This document shows positions 47,017 to 60,237 of a stretch of 64,000 nt of DNA, in pieces. Each line of letters begins with the position of its first letter. The stretch's first letter is position 1. The DNA lies in contig CAVIAA010000002.1 in the NCBI GenBank assembly GCA_963640685.1, forward strand, positions 9,079 through 73,078. Direction: 5' to 3'. A program made the position numbers and the translations under genes. The notes beneath the pieces were generated by a model that saw only the letters and a program-made list of their open reading frames with translations, had not been told where the DNA came from and did no database searches. This stretch comes from Acutalibacteraceae bacterium. GTDB lineage: Bacteria > Bacillota > Clostridia > Christensenellales > CAG-138.

Positions 47017-48006
47017 ATGAAAAAGCTGCATCTGATAGCGACAGGCGGTACGATAGCCTGCGTGCCGTCACAAAAGGGGCTCGTGCCGGGGCTCGGCGCA
47101 AGGGAGCTGCTTGAGTACCTGCCGGAGGGGGACGGGATGGAATATACCGACCTGTTCAATATGGACAGCTCAAACATTCAGCCGGAGGAATGGCAGCAGA
47201 TGGCTGAGGCGGTGGTGACAGCGAGGGAAGACTGCGCCGGAATAGTCATCACCCATGGCACGGATACCATGGCGTACACCGCATCGATGCTTTCGTTTAT
47301 GCTAAGGGACATCGACATACCGGTCGTGCTAACGGGCTCGCAGTATCCGATAGTCAGGCCGGATTCCGACGGGAGAAGGAACCTCCCAAACGCCGTCATA
47401 GCGGCGCGGGAGCTTACCGGCGGGGTGTATATAGCGTTCGGCGACGCGGTCATAAAGGGTTGCCGCGCAGTAAAGACCAGGACGACCTCACTGAACGCCT
47501 TTGAGTCGATAAATTATCCCTATGTAGGCGCTGTGGCGAACGGCAGCTTTATAAGCTTTGTGCGGCCGGAGCCGAGAAGAAGGTTTTCATGCTTTACGGA
47601 TATAGAGCTGAACGTGGCGCTGATAAAGCTGATACCGGGCACCAGCCCGGCGCTGCTCGAAAGCGTGGCGGGCTGCGGTATAAAGGGCGTCGTGGTGGAG
47701 GCCTTCGGGTTGGGCGGCGTGCATAACTTCAGGCGGGATCACGCCATGAGCCTGAAAAGGCTGATAGACAAGGACATACCCGTTGTGCTGACCTCGCAGT
47801 GCTTATATGAGGCGAGCTCGCCGGATATATACGAGGTGAGCCATACCTTAAGGGATTCCGGCGTGATATCTGCAGGGGACATGACGACAGAGGCGGCGGT
47901 GACAAAGCTTATGTGGGTACTCGGGCATACCGGGGAAATGGATGAGGTGCGGCGCATGATGGCAAAGGATTACTGCGGCGAAATAACCATCGGCGGGGCT
48001 GTATGA
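47017..48006 (+). CDS. ansA: L-asparaginase, type I
   Basis: MKKLHLIATGGTIAC (catalytic Thr motif), ITHGTDTMAYTA and VVLTGSQ. Confidence 0.9.
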   Translation: MKKLHLIATGGTIACVPSQKGLVPGLGARELLEYLPEGDGMEYTDLFNMDSSNIQPEEWQQMAEAVVTAREDCAGIVITHGTDTMAYTASMLSFMLRDIDIPVVLTGSQYPIVRPDSDGRRNLPNAVIAARELTGGVYIAFGDAVIKGCRAVKTRTTSLNAFESINYPYVGAVANGSFISFVRPEPRRRFSCFTDIELNVALIKLIPGTSPALLESVAGCGIKGVVVEAFGLGGVHNFRRDHAMSLKRLIDKDIPVVLTSQCLYEASSPDIYEVSHTLRDSGVISAGDMTTEAAVTKLMWVLGHTGEMDEVRRMMAKDYCGEITIGGAV

Positions 48007-49139
48007 GGCATACCGCAAAAAGAACAAGGACAGTCGGCATTGCAGTGCTCATGCTTTGTGCACTGCTGATTTCGGGCTGCAGCGCAGCAAAGACACAGGC
48101 TGCGGCGCAGGAGGTATATCCGGACGATATATATGAGTGTACCGAGGAGAATATAGCCCTTTGCCTTGAGGGCATGCTTCAAAGCGGAAGCGAAACGGAG
48201 CGGTATTTTTTCAAAAGCATGGGCTCGATTGAGGAATTTGACGAGTTCGTGTATGACGGCATGACGACTGCACGGGAAAAAAGCTATGACTGCGAGTACC
48301 TGACGAGCAGGGTCAGCTGGGTAATGAGGGACTACGGCGAGGTAACCGAGCTTGAGCTTACCGTGGAGTATGCCGAGGGAAAGACGCCAATAAGCGAAAT
48401 GCCTATCGCCGCTGACGAAAGGTCGCTCTATGAGGCGATGATCGCCGCCTGGTGCGCGGAGCCGGGCAGGGAGGCTGCGGTGCTGTATTGCGGCCGGGAG
48501 CTTACAAACGCCGAGCTGCTGGAAATACTCAATATGGCCTCGGTAAACTGCGTTGAGCTGCCCTGTGAGGCAAATAAGATGTGGTATAAGCAGTTCACAA
48601 GAGAAAACGGCAAGGGCATAATAGCCGGGAGGCTGGAGCTGCCGATACAGGGAGAGGAGCTTGAAGCGATATCGGATGAGCTTAAGGCAGACATAATAAA
48701 AAGGAGCGAAACCATATTGTCGAGGCATACCGAGCCGGAAAAGCTGTACAGAGCGGCATACCGGGAGGTCATATCGGCAGCCAGCTACGATGAGGACATG
48801 TCGGATGCTACGAAGGAAGAGAGTCTTACTACTGCAATGCGCATCGGCCGCTCTGCCTATGGTGCGCTGATAGATGGAAAAACCGTTTGTTCCGGTTACG
48901 CAATGGCGTATAAGGCACTTTGCGACCGGCTTGGGCTGGAGTGCTACGTCATAACCGGCGAGCAGGACGGCGAGAGCCACGCATGGAACCTGGTAAAGCT
49001 GAACGGCGAAAACAGGTATGTAGATTGCTCCTTTGCGGATACGGGAGGTGGAAGCAGATATTGCCTGTTTGACGAAGAAACGCTGGAAAGAAAGGGCTAT
49101 ACCGCCGATCCCGGCTTTGATTTGGCAAAGGAATGGTAA
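48003..49139 (+). CDS. Lipoprotein with C-terminal transglutaminase-like cysteine protease domain
   Basis: Lipobox LLISGCS. The transglutaminase core is CSGYAMAYKALCDRLGLECYVITG...SHAWNLVKL...YVDCSF. ATGA overlap with ansA. Confidence 0.7.
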   Translation: MRHTAKRTRTVGIAVLMLCALLISGCSAAKTQAAAQEVYPDDIYECTEENIALCLEGMLQSGSETERYFFKSMGSIEEFDEFVYDGMTTAREKSYDCEYLTSRVSWVMRDYGEVTELELTVEYAEGKTPISEMPIAADERSLYEAMIAAWCAEPGREAAVLYCGRELTNAELLEILNMASVNCVELPCEANKMWYKQFTRENGKGIIAGRLELPIQGEELEAISDELKADIIKRSETILSRHTEPEKLYRAAYREVISAASYDEDMSDATKEESLTTAMRIGRSAYGALIDGKTVCSGYAMAYKALCDRLGLECYVITGEQDGESHAWNLVKLNGENRYVDCSFADTGGGSRYCLFDEETLERKGYTADPGFDLAKEW

Positions 49140-49155
49140 AACGGAATAGAACAGA

Positions 49156-49194
49156 GCCGCCGCACGGGCAAAACAGCGGCGGCCTTGTTATTTA
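49156..49194 (+). terminator. Rho-independent terminator after the transglutaminase-like gene
   Basis: GCCGCCGC (49156-49163) pairs with GCGGCGGC (49176-49183), followed by CTTGTTATTT. Confidence 0.65.
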
Positions 49195-49237
49195 AGCGGG
49201 TGCTGCGGCATAGAATACCTTACGGGGGATTTATGCC

Positions 49238-49540
49238 TTGAAGAAGCGGCAGAAGTTAAAGAAAGAGAGAATTAAAAAGCTGCGCCTGCTGACCGGCGCC
49301 GTTATAGCTGCAGGGCTTCCGATGGAAACCGACGGCACGACGGTCAAAGTGACGATGCTCGGGCAGGGTCTGGTGCTGGTGGAAAACCACAGGGGCGTGT
49401 ACTCCTGCGCCGAGGACGGCATAACGCTTACGGGACCGGACGGGATGATAGGCATATGCGGAAGAGGGCTTGTTATAAGGGAACTGAACAGGGAACAGAT
49501 GCTGATAGTCGGCTGCATCACCGGCGTAAGCTATGAATAA
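49238..49540 (+). CDS. yqfC: Sporulation protein YqfC (YabP family)
   Basis: 100 aa. VKVTMLGQGLVLVENHRGVYSCAEDGITL...LVIRELNREQMLIVG matches the YqfC pattern. TTG start follows GGGGGA. Directly precedes yqfD. Confidence 0.8.
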   Translation: MKKRQKLKKERIKKLRLLTGAVIAAGLPMETDGTTVKVTMLGQGLVLVENHRGVYSCAEDGITLTGPDGMIGICGRGLVIRELNREQMLIVGCITGVSYE

Positions 49541-49590
49541 GTTAATAAAGTGTGAATTTAAGGGCATGGAGACCGGCAGGAGGGCGCTTC

Positions 49591-50574
49591 GTGGCGGCTG
49601 ATATCTGGAATTATATTGCGGGATATGTTATTATCAATATCGAAGGCGCATACCTTGAGCGGCTCGTCAACGATATGATAAAAAACGATATCGAGATATG
49701 GGACGTTTCCCGCGTGAGGGGCGGGCTGCAACTGAGCGTCGGCATAGGCGGCTTTTACAGGCTGAGAACAGTGCTGCGACGTTACCCCTGCCGCGTGCGC
49801 ATTGCGGAAAAGCACGGGCTCACAGTAGCCCTCTGCCATATGGGGCCGAGGTATGTGATGCCGTTTGGCTGGGCGGCGGCGCTTTTCGCGGTGTTGATAG
49901 CCTCGAGGTCGGTGTGGATAATAGATGTCGAGGGCTGCGGATATGTGAAGGAGGCCGACATAAGAAGGACCCTCGAGGATATGGGGGTAACGCCGGGGAC
50001 AGGCCGCGGGAAGCTGGATACGGCGGCCATAGCGGAGGGCGTAAAGGCCTCGGACGGGCGCATAGCCTGGGCGGGCGCGCAGCTTACCGGCGTCGTTCTG
50101 CAAATATCCGTTAAAGAGGCGAGGGAGAATGTAAGGGTATACGCAGAGGGCGAGCCTTGCAGCATATACGCCTCGGAAAGCGGCGTAATAACCTCAATCA
50201 CCGCCCTTTCGGGCAAGCCCTGCTTTAACGTTGGCGATGCCGTAAAAAAAGGCGAGCTGCTTATAAACGGCAGCCTTGGCGGCGGGCTCAGCACAGAGGC
50301 GAGGGGCAGCGTAACGGCGGAGGTAATGCACAGGTTTTTCTTTCATGCAGATCGGCCGAAGGGAGAAAATAGCACGATTGCCGCGGGCGAGGAGCTGAAG
50401 GCCGCGGCGCTTGCCGGGGCAGAAAGGCTTGCCGCAGCGGGAATACCGAAGGATGCCGCAATAATATCAAAAAAGGCCGCCTATGAAAGCGACGATGCAG
50501 GGATGACCTGCGTGCTTTACATAGTTGCGGAGCAAAATATATGTATCATCGGAGATGTAGCTGTTGATGAGTGA
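49591..50574 (+). CDS. yqfD: Sporulation protein YqfD
   Basis: IWNYIAGYVIINIEGAYLERLVNDM N-terminus and a central TM helix, typical of YqfD. GTG at 49591 follows AGGAGG (49579-49584). Confidence 0.8.
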   Translation: MAADIWNYIAGYVIINIEGAYLERLVNDMIKNDIEIWDVSRVRGGLQLSVGIGGFYRLRTVLRRYPCRVRIAEKHGLTVALCHMGPRYVMPFGWAAALFAVLIASRSVWIIDVEGCGYVKEADIRRTLEDMGVTPGTGRGKLDTAAIAEGVKASDGRIAWAGAQLTGVVLQISVKEARENVRVYAEGEPCSIYASESGVITSITALSGKPCFNVGDAVKKGELLINGSLGGGLSTEARGSVTAEVMHRFFFHADRPKGENSTIAAGEELKAAALAGAERLAAAGIPKDAAIISKKAAYESDDAGMTCVLYIVAEQNICIIGDVAVDE

Positions 50575-51562
50575 AAACGAACTGGAAATGACCCTGAACG
50601 AACACAAGCACAGCGTAGCTGTGGATAGCATGGATGAGATAATAGGCTTGTTCGGCGTTTTTGATGAAAACCTGAAGGTCATCGAGGAGGAGACGGGTGC
50701 GGCAATAAAGGCCGGCTCCGAAAGCATCGATATAAACGGGCCGGAGGAAGCGGCAGCGCTTGCACAAACCGTGCTGGACAAGCTGCTCACTATGCTCCGC
50801 AAAGGCGAAAAGATAGACAGGAGCCGTATACGCTACGCAATAGACCTCGCAAAGGAGGGCAATGCCGACCTTATACTCGAGCTTATAGACGACGTCGTGG
50901 CATTTACGAACAAGGGAAGAAAGATAAAATGCCGCACGCTGGGGCAAAAGAAATATATATCCGCACTCAAGCACAATACCGTGGTGTTTGGCGTCGGCCC
51001 TGCGGGAACAGGAAAGACCTACCTGGCCGTTGCAATGGCGGTGCTGGCGTATAAAAACAAAGAGGTCGAGAAGATAATCCTTACCCGACCGGCGGTCGAG
51101 GCAGGCGAAAAGCTGGGCTTTCTTCCGGGCGACCTTCAGAACAAGGTGGATCCGTATCTCAGGCCGCTTTACGATGCGCTTTATGATTTTCTCGGCAGCG
51201 AAAACTTTCATGCGCTCAGCGAGCGCGGCGTAATAGAGGTCGCTCCGCTTGCGTATATGCGCGGGCGAACGCTCAACGACGCATATATAATACTGGATGA
51301 GGCGCAGAACTGCACCGTTGAGCAGATGAAGATGTTCCTAACGCGGTTTGGCGAGGGCTCACGGGTCGTCGTAACGGGGGATATAACCCAAATAGACCTG
51401 CCGCGGGACAAAAAGAGCGGGCTCGTTCACGCGCTGGATGTGTTGGAGGGAGTTGACGGTATTGCCCGGGTATTCCTGACATATAAGGACGTCGTTCGGC
51501 ACGAAATGGTACAAAAGATAATAACTGCCTACGACAGGTATGAACGCAAAAGCAGGGACTGA
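50567..51562 (+). CDS. phoH: PhoH family ATPase
   Basis: Walker [13 protein letters not shown], plus ILDEAQN and the PhoH C-terminal motifs. Confidence 0.92.
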   Translation: MSENELEMTLNEHKHSVAVDSMDEIIGLFGVFDENLKVIEEETGAAIKAGSESIDINGPEEAAALAQTVLDKLLTMLRKGEKIDRSRIRYAIDLAKEGNADLILELIDDVVAFTNKGRKIKCRTLGQKKYISALKHNTVVFGVGPAGTGKTYLAVAMAVLAYKNKEVEKIILTRPAVEAGEKLGFLPGDLQNKVDPYLRPLYDALYDFLGSENFHALSERGVIEVAPLAYMRGRTLNDAYIILDEAQNCTVEQMKMFLTRFGEGSRVVVTGDITQIDLPRDKKSGLVHALDVLEGVDGIARVFLTYKDVVRHEMVQKIITAYDRYERKSRD

Positions 51563-51610
51563 TACATATATAAATACGGTAATAGCTGTATAGCAAGGAG
51601 GCGAATTTAT

Positions 51611-53026
51611 TTGGCGCAGCGGGACAATAGAAACTCCTTTAGGCCGAAGCCGGAGGCACTCTCGGCCTTGGTGCTCTTTGCGGCGCTGGCTCTTTCCTGC
51701 GTCGGCGCGGCGGTCGCGGCGGGTGGAACAGAGGGCGTGTCCGGGCTTTCCAGGGCCGGCAGCATGATATATATCACGGTAGCTTATGTACTCTTTGCCG
51801 TGTATATGTCGCTGTACGCGAGGGATACATTTCGCAGCGCAAAGCTCATGACTATCGTCGGGATACAGCTTGCGCTCATGCCTTGGATACAAATACTCGG
51901 TAATATGCTTGAGCCGCACGTTACGCCGATGGTGATGGCGGCGCTGCTCATAGCCGAGCTTGTGGATCATAAGACAGCGCTGGGGGCAGCGGTGCTGCTT
52001 TGCATAGAGACGGCGGTGATCTCAGGCGGAGGGCTGTTTGACCAAACGGCCGCAGTAATGACCGCGGCAAACATAGCCGCCTGCTCCGCGTCGATATTTG
52101 CGCTCAGGCGAATAAACACACGCGGCGGCCTGATAGCGGCTTCTGCGATAGGCGGGGCGGCAGGTGCTGCGGCTGCTGCTGCGGCGTATATAGCGCTGGG
52201 CGCAACGCTGCGCGAAATACTCACCTACTCAGGCTGCGTGCTGTTTTCGGCGCTGTTCTCGGGTCTTTTTGTTACCGGATCGCTTACCATATGGGAGGAG
52301 CTCTTTGATATCGCGACCCCTGCAAGGCTGAACGAGCTGTTGAATACCGGCAACCCGCTGCTGAAGCAGCTCATGTACGATGCACCGGGGACTTATCAGC
52401 ACTGCATGAACGTTGCGGCTTTGGCCGAGGGCGCGGCGGAGAAGATCGGTGCCAATGCGCTGCTTGCAAAGGTCGGTGCTGCCTATCACGATGTAGGCAA
52501 GCTGAGGCGGCCGCAGTACTTTAAAGAAAACCAGCAGGGCGACAACATACACGACACGCTGTCCCCGCAGGAGAGCGCCTCGATAATAATCGCACACCAG
52601 AAGGACGGCGCGTCCATATTGAGCAAAAACAAGCTGCCCGGTGCCGTGGTTCGAATAGCGGCGGAGCATCACGGCAACTCCATGATGGTATATTTTTACC
52701 GCAAGGCGGCGGAGACCGACCCGGAGATCAACCCGAAGAGCTTCCGCTACCCCGGCAGCAAGCCGAGCACGAGGGAGGGCGCGATAGTCATGCTGGCGGA
52801 CTGCTGCGAGGCGGCGGTCAGGAGCCTTGGTGACTGCACCAGGGAGGCGCGGGAGGCCATGGTGCATAAGATAATATGGGGCAAGCTGACTGACGGCGAA
52901 AATCAGCTTTCGGAGGTGCCGCTGACGCTCATGGATATAAGCAGCATCGAAAAGAGCTTTCTGCGTACCTTTGGCGGGCTGATGCATGACAGAATAGAAT
53001 ATCCGGAGGAGAGCAAGAAGGAATAA
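51611..53026 (+). CDS. 7TM-HD (HDIG) membrane phosphohydrolase, PgpH/YqfF-like, short form
   Basis: Multi-TM N-terminal half, then the HD domain ([21 protein letters not shown]). TTG start at 51611 follows AAGGAGG. At 471 aa it lacks the long extracellular N-terminal domain of the 711-aa B. subtilis YqfF. Confidence 0.85.
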   Translation: MAQRDNRNSFRPKPEALSALVLFAALALSCVGAAVAAGGTEGVSGLSRAGSMIYITVAYVLFAVYMSLYARDTFRSAKLMTIVGIQLALMPWIQILGNMLEPHVTPMVMAALLIAELVDHKTALGAAVLLCIETAVISGGGLFDQTAAVMTAANIAACSASIFALRRINTRGGLIAASAIGGAAGAAAAAAAYIALGATLREILTYSGCVLFSALFSGLFVTGSLTIWEELFDIATPARLNELLNTGNPLLKQLMYDAPGTYQHCMNVAALAEGAAEKIGANALLAKVGAAYHDVGKLRRPQYFKENQQGDNIHDTLSPQESASIIIAHQKDGASILSKNKLPGAVVRIAAEHHGNSMMVYFYRKAAETDPEINPKSFRYPGSKPSTREGAIVMLADCCEAAVRSLGDCTREAREAMVHKIIWGKLTDGENQLSEVPLTLMDISSIEKSFLRTFGGLMHDRIEYPEESKKE

Positions 53027-53463
53027 TGACGGATATAGAGATGGAAACTGCCGTGCCGGAGGGAACGGCGGAAACGATAGCGGCCGCGATAGAGGGTGCG
53101 CTTAAAAACCGCGGCAGGGCAGGAAGTGTTGCCGTAAGGGTCGTGGACGACGAGACTATACATGAGATAAATCGTGAATACAGGGGGGTCGACAGGCCGA
53201 CTGACGTCATCAGCTTCCCTGCGGAGGAGGGGGAGGAGATACTCGCCCCGCCGGATGGCTTTATTGGGGACATAGTGATATCCTATCCGCGGGCTGAGGA
53301 ACAGTCCGCGGAATATGGGCACTCGGTGCGGAGGGAACTCAGCTTCCTCGCAGTGCATGGCACGCTGCACCTGTTGGGCTACGACCACATGAAAGAGGAA
53401 GAGGCCGGCGAAATGTTTGCACTTCAGGATGAAATACTTGACGAGATGGGGATAAAAAGATGA
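53026..53463 (+). CDS. ybeY: rRNA maturation RNase YbeY
   Basis: Zinc motif [11 protein letters not shown]; 145 aa. Confidence 0.92.
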   Translation: MTDIEMETAVPEGTAETIAAAIEGALKNRGRAGSVAVRVVDDETIHEINREYRGVDRPTDVISFPAEEGEEILAPPDGFIGDIVISYPRAEEQSAEYGHSVRRELSFLAVHGTLHLLGYDHMKEEEAGEMFALQDEILDEMGIKR

Positions 53464-53873
53464 TAGAGATACACGACTACGAAGTGAAGAATATGATACG
53501 CATGGCGGATGAGGCGCGGGCAAGGGCCTATGTACCCTATTCCGGGTTTCATGTTGGTGCCTGCCTTAAGGCGATAAATGGGGCATATTACCTCGGCTGC
53601 AATATTGAAAATGCCGCATATTCGCCAACAAACTGCGCCGAACGCACTGCGATGTTCAAGGCGGTATATGAAGGTGAAAGGAGCTTCGAGGCGCTGGCCA
53701 TAATTTGGGACGGAGACGATTATGCCGTGCCATGCGGGGTATGTCGTCAGGTGCTTTCGGAGTTTTGCAGCCCAGATATGCCGGTCATATGCGCTAATAA
53801 GAGGGGCGAATATAAGCTGTTTGAGCTTAGGGCGCTGCTGCCGCAGGCGTTTACCGGGGAGAACATGAGATGA
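53460..53873 (+). CDS. cdd: Cytidine deaminase
   Basis: CAERTA and PCGVCRQ zinc-binding motifs. Confidence 0.92.
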   Translation: MIEIHDYEVKNMIRMADEARARAYVPYSGFHVGACLKAINGAYYLGCNIENAAYSPTNCAERTAMFKAVYEGERSFEALAIIWDGDDYAVPCGVCRQVLSEFCSPDMPVICANKRGEYKLFELRALLPQAFTGENMR

Positions 53874-54766
53874 CGGGTGGGCAGAGGTATCTTTCCGGCT
53901 TTATAACCATAATCGGCAGCCCAAACGTCGGCAAAAGCACGCTTATGAACCGGTTCGTGGGGCAGAAGGTATCCATAGTGTCCCAGCGGGCGCAGACGAC
54001 GCGGAACAGGATAATGGGCGTCGTGAGCCGAAAGGGGTATCAAATGGTGTTTTTGGATACTCCCGGTGTAACGCTGCCCAAAAACAAGCTGGGCGAGTAT
54101 ATGGTAAAGGTAGCCTACGATTCGCTCAACGAGGTCGAGGCGATACTTTTCATGACGGATGCGGTAAACGGCATTCGTGAGAAGGACGAGGCAATAATCG
54201 AAAAGCTCCGCAGCGCAAAGGCGCCGGTCATCGCTGCAATAAACAAGGCGGACGCGGCGACGCTGGACGGCATTGAGACCGCCCGCGAGCGGCTGGAAAA
54301 AGAGAGCTTTATAAAGCAGATAATAAAGATATCTGCGGCGGATGGGCGCGGGATGGACAAGCTGGAGGAGCTGCTTAAGGCCTGCCTTACAGAGGGACCG
54401 CAGTATTTCCCCGAGGACATGGTAACGGATCAGCCGGAGCGTGTCATATGCGGCGAGATAATACGCGAAAAGGCGCTGAACTTGCTAAAGGAGGAGGTGC
54501 CGCACGGCATTGGCGTCGGCGTGGACAAGATGGCGCTGCGCGACGATGGCATATATGACGTATGGGCTACCATATACTGCGAGCGCGAGGGGCACAAGGG
54601 CATAATAATAGGCCGTCAGGGCAGTATGCTTAAAAAAATAGGCAGCGAAGCAAGACAAGATATGGAGTGGCTGCTGGGAACAAGGGTCAACCTTCAGCTC
54701 TGGGTAAAGGTAAAGGACGACTGGCGAAACAGCGCCTCGGTAATGAAGGAGCTGGGCTACGAATAA
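53870..54766 (+). CDS. era: GTPase Era
   Basis: G1 GSPNVGKST, G3 DTPG, G4 NKAD, and a C-terminal KH domain. Confidence 0.95.
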   Translation: MTGGQRYLSGFITIIGSPNVGKSTLMNRFVGQKVSIVSQRAQTTRNRIMGVVSRKGYQMVFLDTPGVTLPKNKLGEYMVKVAYDSLNEVEAILFMTDAVNGIREKDEAIIEKLRSAKAPVIAAINKADAATLDGIETARERLEKESFIKQIIKISAADGRGMDKLEELLKACLTEGPQYFPEDMVTDQPERVICGEIIREKALNLLKEEVPHGIGVGVDKMALRDDGIYDVWATIYCEREGHKGIIIGRQGSMLKKIGSEARQDMEWLLGTRVNLQLWVKVKDDWRNSASVMKELGYE

Positions 54767-54811
54767 AACGCCGCTGTGCGGCCGGCAAAACCACGAAAGG
54801 AGCGGGCGAAT

Positions 54812-55552
54812 GTGCCATCTGTAAAGCTGCTGGGCGTAGTCACCCGCTACGCAAACTACCGGGACAACGACAGAATGCTCAATATAATGACGGATAACGG
54901 CATAATAGGAGCGGTGGCGAGGGGCTGCAGGCGGCAGAACAGCCCGCTCTTGGGTGCATCTGAGCTTTTCGTATACGGCGAGTTCGTTCTCTTTGAAAAG
55001 CAGGGTAAGTATACCGTTGATTCCTGCGAGGTTCGCGAGAGCTTTTACCCGCTGCGGCAGGATGTTGACAGGTTTGCCGCCGGTATGCATGCGCTGGAGC
55101 TTGTGAACGACCTTGCGCCGGAGGGCGAGAAAAGTGCGGGTCTGCTCAAGCTGCTGTATTACGGCTTGAGCTATATGGCCTATTCCGAAAGAGATCCTCT
55201 TGACCTTGCGATATGCTTTACGCTGAAGTGCTTTGCCCATTTGGGCTACGCGCCGGCCGTGACCTCCTGCGCCTGCTGCGGGCAGGATATACGCGGACAC
55301 GTTCGCATGGGCTTTGACCCGGAGGCGGGGGGAGCCGTATGCAGCGACTGCATGGTAGGCGAATCGAGGCGGATAAGCCCAATATCGCTCGAAGCGGTGC
55401 GCCGTATGCTGCTGCTGAAGGATGAGGAGATGAACAAGGTGGTGCTTCCTGAAAAGGTCAGACAGGAGCTTGAACGCGCTGTCGGAAGCTACGGAGAGCA
55501 CATATTAGAGCGGCAGATGAAGTCGTTTTATCAGATAGGCATGATGCGATAA
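54812..55552 (+). CDS. recO: DNA repair protein RecO
   Basis: OB-fold N-terminus KLLGVVTRYANYRDNDRML and a zinc finger CACCG...CSDC. GTG at 54812 follows AGGAG. The start is uncertain: the track ORF begins at 54776. Confidence 0.88.
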   Translation: MPSVKLLGVVTRYANYRDNDRMLNIMTDNGIIGAVARGCRRQNSPLLGASELFVYGEFVLFEKQGKYTVDSCEVRESFYPLRQDVDRFAAGMHALELVNDLAPEGEKSAGLLKLLYYGLSYMAYSERDPLDLAICFTLKCFAHLGYAPAVTSCACCGQDIRGHVRMGFDPEAGGAVCSDCMVGESRRISPISLEAVRRMLLLKDEEMNKVVLPEKVRQELERAVGSYGEHILERQMKSFYQIGMMR

Positions 55553-55628
55553 TGAAGGCCGGCTGGCAATCGTCTTGCAAATAACAATAAAAAATGCAGC
55601 ATTTCCGTCAAAATAGACATATTCATGG

Positions 55629-55657
55629 TTGCGTTCAAAAGAAATAAGGTGTATAAT
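55629..55657 (+). promoter_or_regulatory. Sigma-A type promoter candidate for ppdK
   Basis: TTGCGT (55629-55634), 17-nt spacer, TATAAT (55652-55657), in an AT-rich intergenic region. Confidence 0.6.
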
Positions 55658-55738
55658 TCTATCTTGCCTGAAATCATTAGGCTTTTGAGTTGTGCTTAAA
55701 ATAAATTTAAAATATATAAAAATTTACGGAGGAAAATG

Positions 55739-58369
<2,631 letters not shown>

Positions 58370-58388
58370 ACAACAACCGATTAACAAC

Positions 58389-58420
58389 AAAAAAGAAGGC
58401 TCTTAGAGCCTTCTTTTTTG
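58389..58420. terminator. Bidirectional terminator between ppdK and the HAD hydrolase gene
   Basis: AAAAAAG-AAGGCTC-TTA-GAGCCTT-CTTTTTT. Confidence 0.8.
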
Positions 58421-58428
58421 TTGCCGTA

Positions 58429-59268
58429 TTATAGCTGCGGTATTATGCTTTTGATTATGTACGCTATGGCATCGTGGTCGTTGCTCGGCGTTATGAAGCG
58501 CGCAGCGGCCTTTACGCCATCAGCGCCGTTTTCGGGGGCGCAGGCGATGTCTGCCTTCTGCAGCATCTCAAGGTCGTTCCAGTAGTCTCCAACGCATATT
58601 ATGCTGCGCCCGGCAACCGGAGACAGGGTTCTCAGCAGCTCTATGCCGCTGCCCTTATTTGTTGCGTGCGGCAAAAGCTCAAAGTATTTTGCCTCCGGAA
58701 GGATGTCGGTCGTGCCAAGAACTATGTCCAGCTTATCCTCAAGGCCGCGCTGTGCTATCAGGCTCTTTATCTGCTCAAGCTCGGCTCCGCCGTCCGGCCT
58801 GCTGCTGATGAGAACCGCCTTGAGCCATAGCTTATCCTCGATATCCTCTGCCCGGCAGAAGCTGCAGGGCATATGCATATCCACAAACGGCTGCCAGGCG
58901 TGCTCTCTCGGCGTAATGTAGCATATTTCCTCGTCGGTGTATATCTGTATATCCAGCCGGCGTTCGCCAGCCGCAAGCTCTTTTATGAAGCCCACCGCGG
59001 CCTTGTCGAGGCCGGCTTCGGCGAGGTAGCTTTTGCTCGCGTAGTCGTATACCGCCGCACCGTTGAAAACTATCGACGGAGCGTTTATTGGCACGCTGGA
59101 AAGATACTTGAGCGCGTTATACGATGCTCGGCCTGTGGCTACGCCGAAAAGTCCGCCTTGCGCGATATATTCCTTTATAGCCGCTATATTTGCTTCGGAT
59201 ACCCTGCCGCGGTGATCGAACAGCGTGCTGTCCAGGTCGGAAAACAGGGCGGTTTGCCGGTATTTCAT
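58429..59268 (-). CDS. Cof-type HAD-IIB family hydrolase (sugar phosphatase-like)
   Basis: MKYRQTALFSDLDSTL (DxDxT), GVATGR, and GDYWNDLEM. ATG at 59268 follows AAGGA. The upstream 171 codons of the track ORF have no family resemblance and overlap spoIIID in antisense. Confidence 0.85.
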   Translation of the reverse strand: MKYRQTALFSDLDSTLFDHRGRVSEANIAAIKEYIAQGGLFGVATGRASYNALKYLSSVPINAPSIVFNGAAVYDYASKSYLAEAGLDKAAVGFIKELAAGERRLDIQIYTDEEICYITPREHAWQPFVDMHMPCSFCRAEDIEDKLWLKAVLISSRPDGGAELEQIKSLIAQRGLEDKLDIVLGTTDILPEAKYFELLPHATNKGSGIELLRTLSPVAGRSIICVGDYWNDLEMLQKADIACAPENGADGVKAAARFITPSNDHDAIAYIIKSIIPQL

Positions 59269-59409
59269 TGCGTTATTTTCCTTCGCTTCTTTATCCAGCA
59301 TAGTATAGCAAAAACGCGGCGCAAAAGCAAAAATAAATGACCTGCGTTTGCTGCATACGGCTGTCCCGGTTGTCATATGCTTTACAAAGCATGATGGGGG
59401 TAAGGCTAA

Positions 59410-59709
59410 ATGTATGAATACATAGAGGACAGGGTGCTGGAGGTTGCCGAATATATAATAGAAAGCGGCGCGACCGTTCGTCAGGCTGCAAAGAAGTTTG
59501 GCATAAGCAAGTCCACCGTTCATAAGGATATGAGCGAGAGGCTGCAGTATATCGAGCCCGGCGCTGCGGCCCGGGTGCGCGAGGTTTTGCAAAAAAACAA
59601 GCAGGAGAGGCATATTCGCGGCGGCATGGCGACCTATATGAAGTACAAGGGGAGCCGCGGCGGGGGAACATTGACAGGCGGGAAAAAAGATGATAAAGTC
59701 CTGATGTAA
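59410..59709 (+). CDS. spoIIID: Sporulation transcriptional regulator SpoIIID
   Basis: MYEYIEDRVLEVAEYIIESGATVRQAAKKFGISKSTVHKDMSERL is near-canonical SpoIIID HTH sequence. Confidence 0.92.
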   Translation: MYEYIEDRVLEVAEYIIESGATVRQAAKKFGISKSTVHKDMSERLQYIEPGAAARVREVLQKNKQERHIRGGMATYMKYKGSRGGGTLTGGKKDDKVLM

Positions 59710-59731
59710 GATATAAGTAAGGTGAGGGAGC

Positions 59732-60202
59732 ATGGGCAGGCGACCCATGATACGAGGCATGAACATGGAAAAAATACTCAAGACCTTTCAAAAGCTCAGG
59801 CTTGAGTTTTACCGAAAGATATTTACCCGCGTTCGGGAGCGGGACGGCAGCCTGAGCGCTATGGAGGTCTTTTCACTGGAGATAATATATGCCCTCGGCA
59901 GGCCAACGATTGGCCGCTTTGCGAGGTTTATAGGCATTTCTCAGTCCAACGCGACATATAAAGTAAACTCCCTGATGAAAAAGGGATACCTTATCCGCCA
60001 GCCCTCTGCCGATGACGGGCGCGAATACAACCTTGAGCTTTCCGAAAAGTTCTACGGTTACAGCGATATGCTCGAGGAAAACGTCAGGGCGATCGCAAAA
60101 AGCGTGCTGGATAAGCTGACCACCGAGGAGCGCTCAGCCCTGAGCCGCGCCGCCGACCTGCTCAACGCCGAGCTCGATGCAAGGGCAGGGAGGATGGAAT
60201 AA
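59732..60202 (+). CDS. MarR family transcriptional regulator
   Basis: Winged-helix segment IGRFARFIGISQSNATYKVNSLMKKGYLIRQPSADDGREYNLELS. Start is either ATG 59732 (RBS AAGGTGAGG) or ATG 59765. Confidence 0.8.
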   Translation: MGRRPMIRGMNMEKILKTFQKLRLEFYRKIFTRVRERDGSLSAMEVFSLEIIYALGRPTIGRFARFIGISQSNATYKVNSLMKKGYLIRQPSADDGREYNLELSEKFYGYSDMLEENVRAIAKSVLDKLTTEERSALSRAADLLNAELDARAGRME

Positions 60203-60237
60203 AGTGACAGAAAAAAAGTAAACAGATGAAATAACAG

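Noticed and set aside
59269-59781. The N-terminal 171 codons of track ORF 58429-59781, which would extend the HAD hydrolase to 450 aa.
   Set aside because: HAD family resemblance starts exactly at MKYRQTALFSDLDSTL (ATG at 59268, with its own RBS). The extension is unlike any protein family and runs antisense through spoIIID and its promoter.
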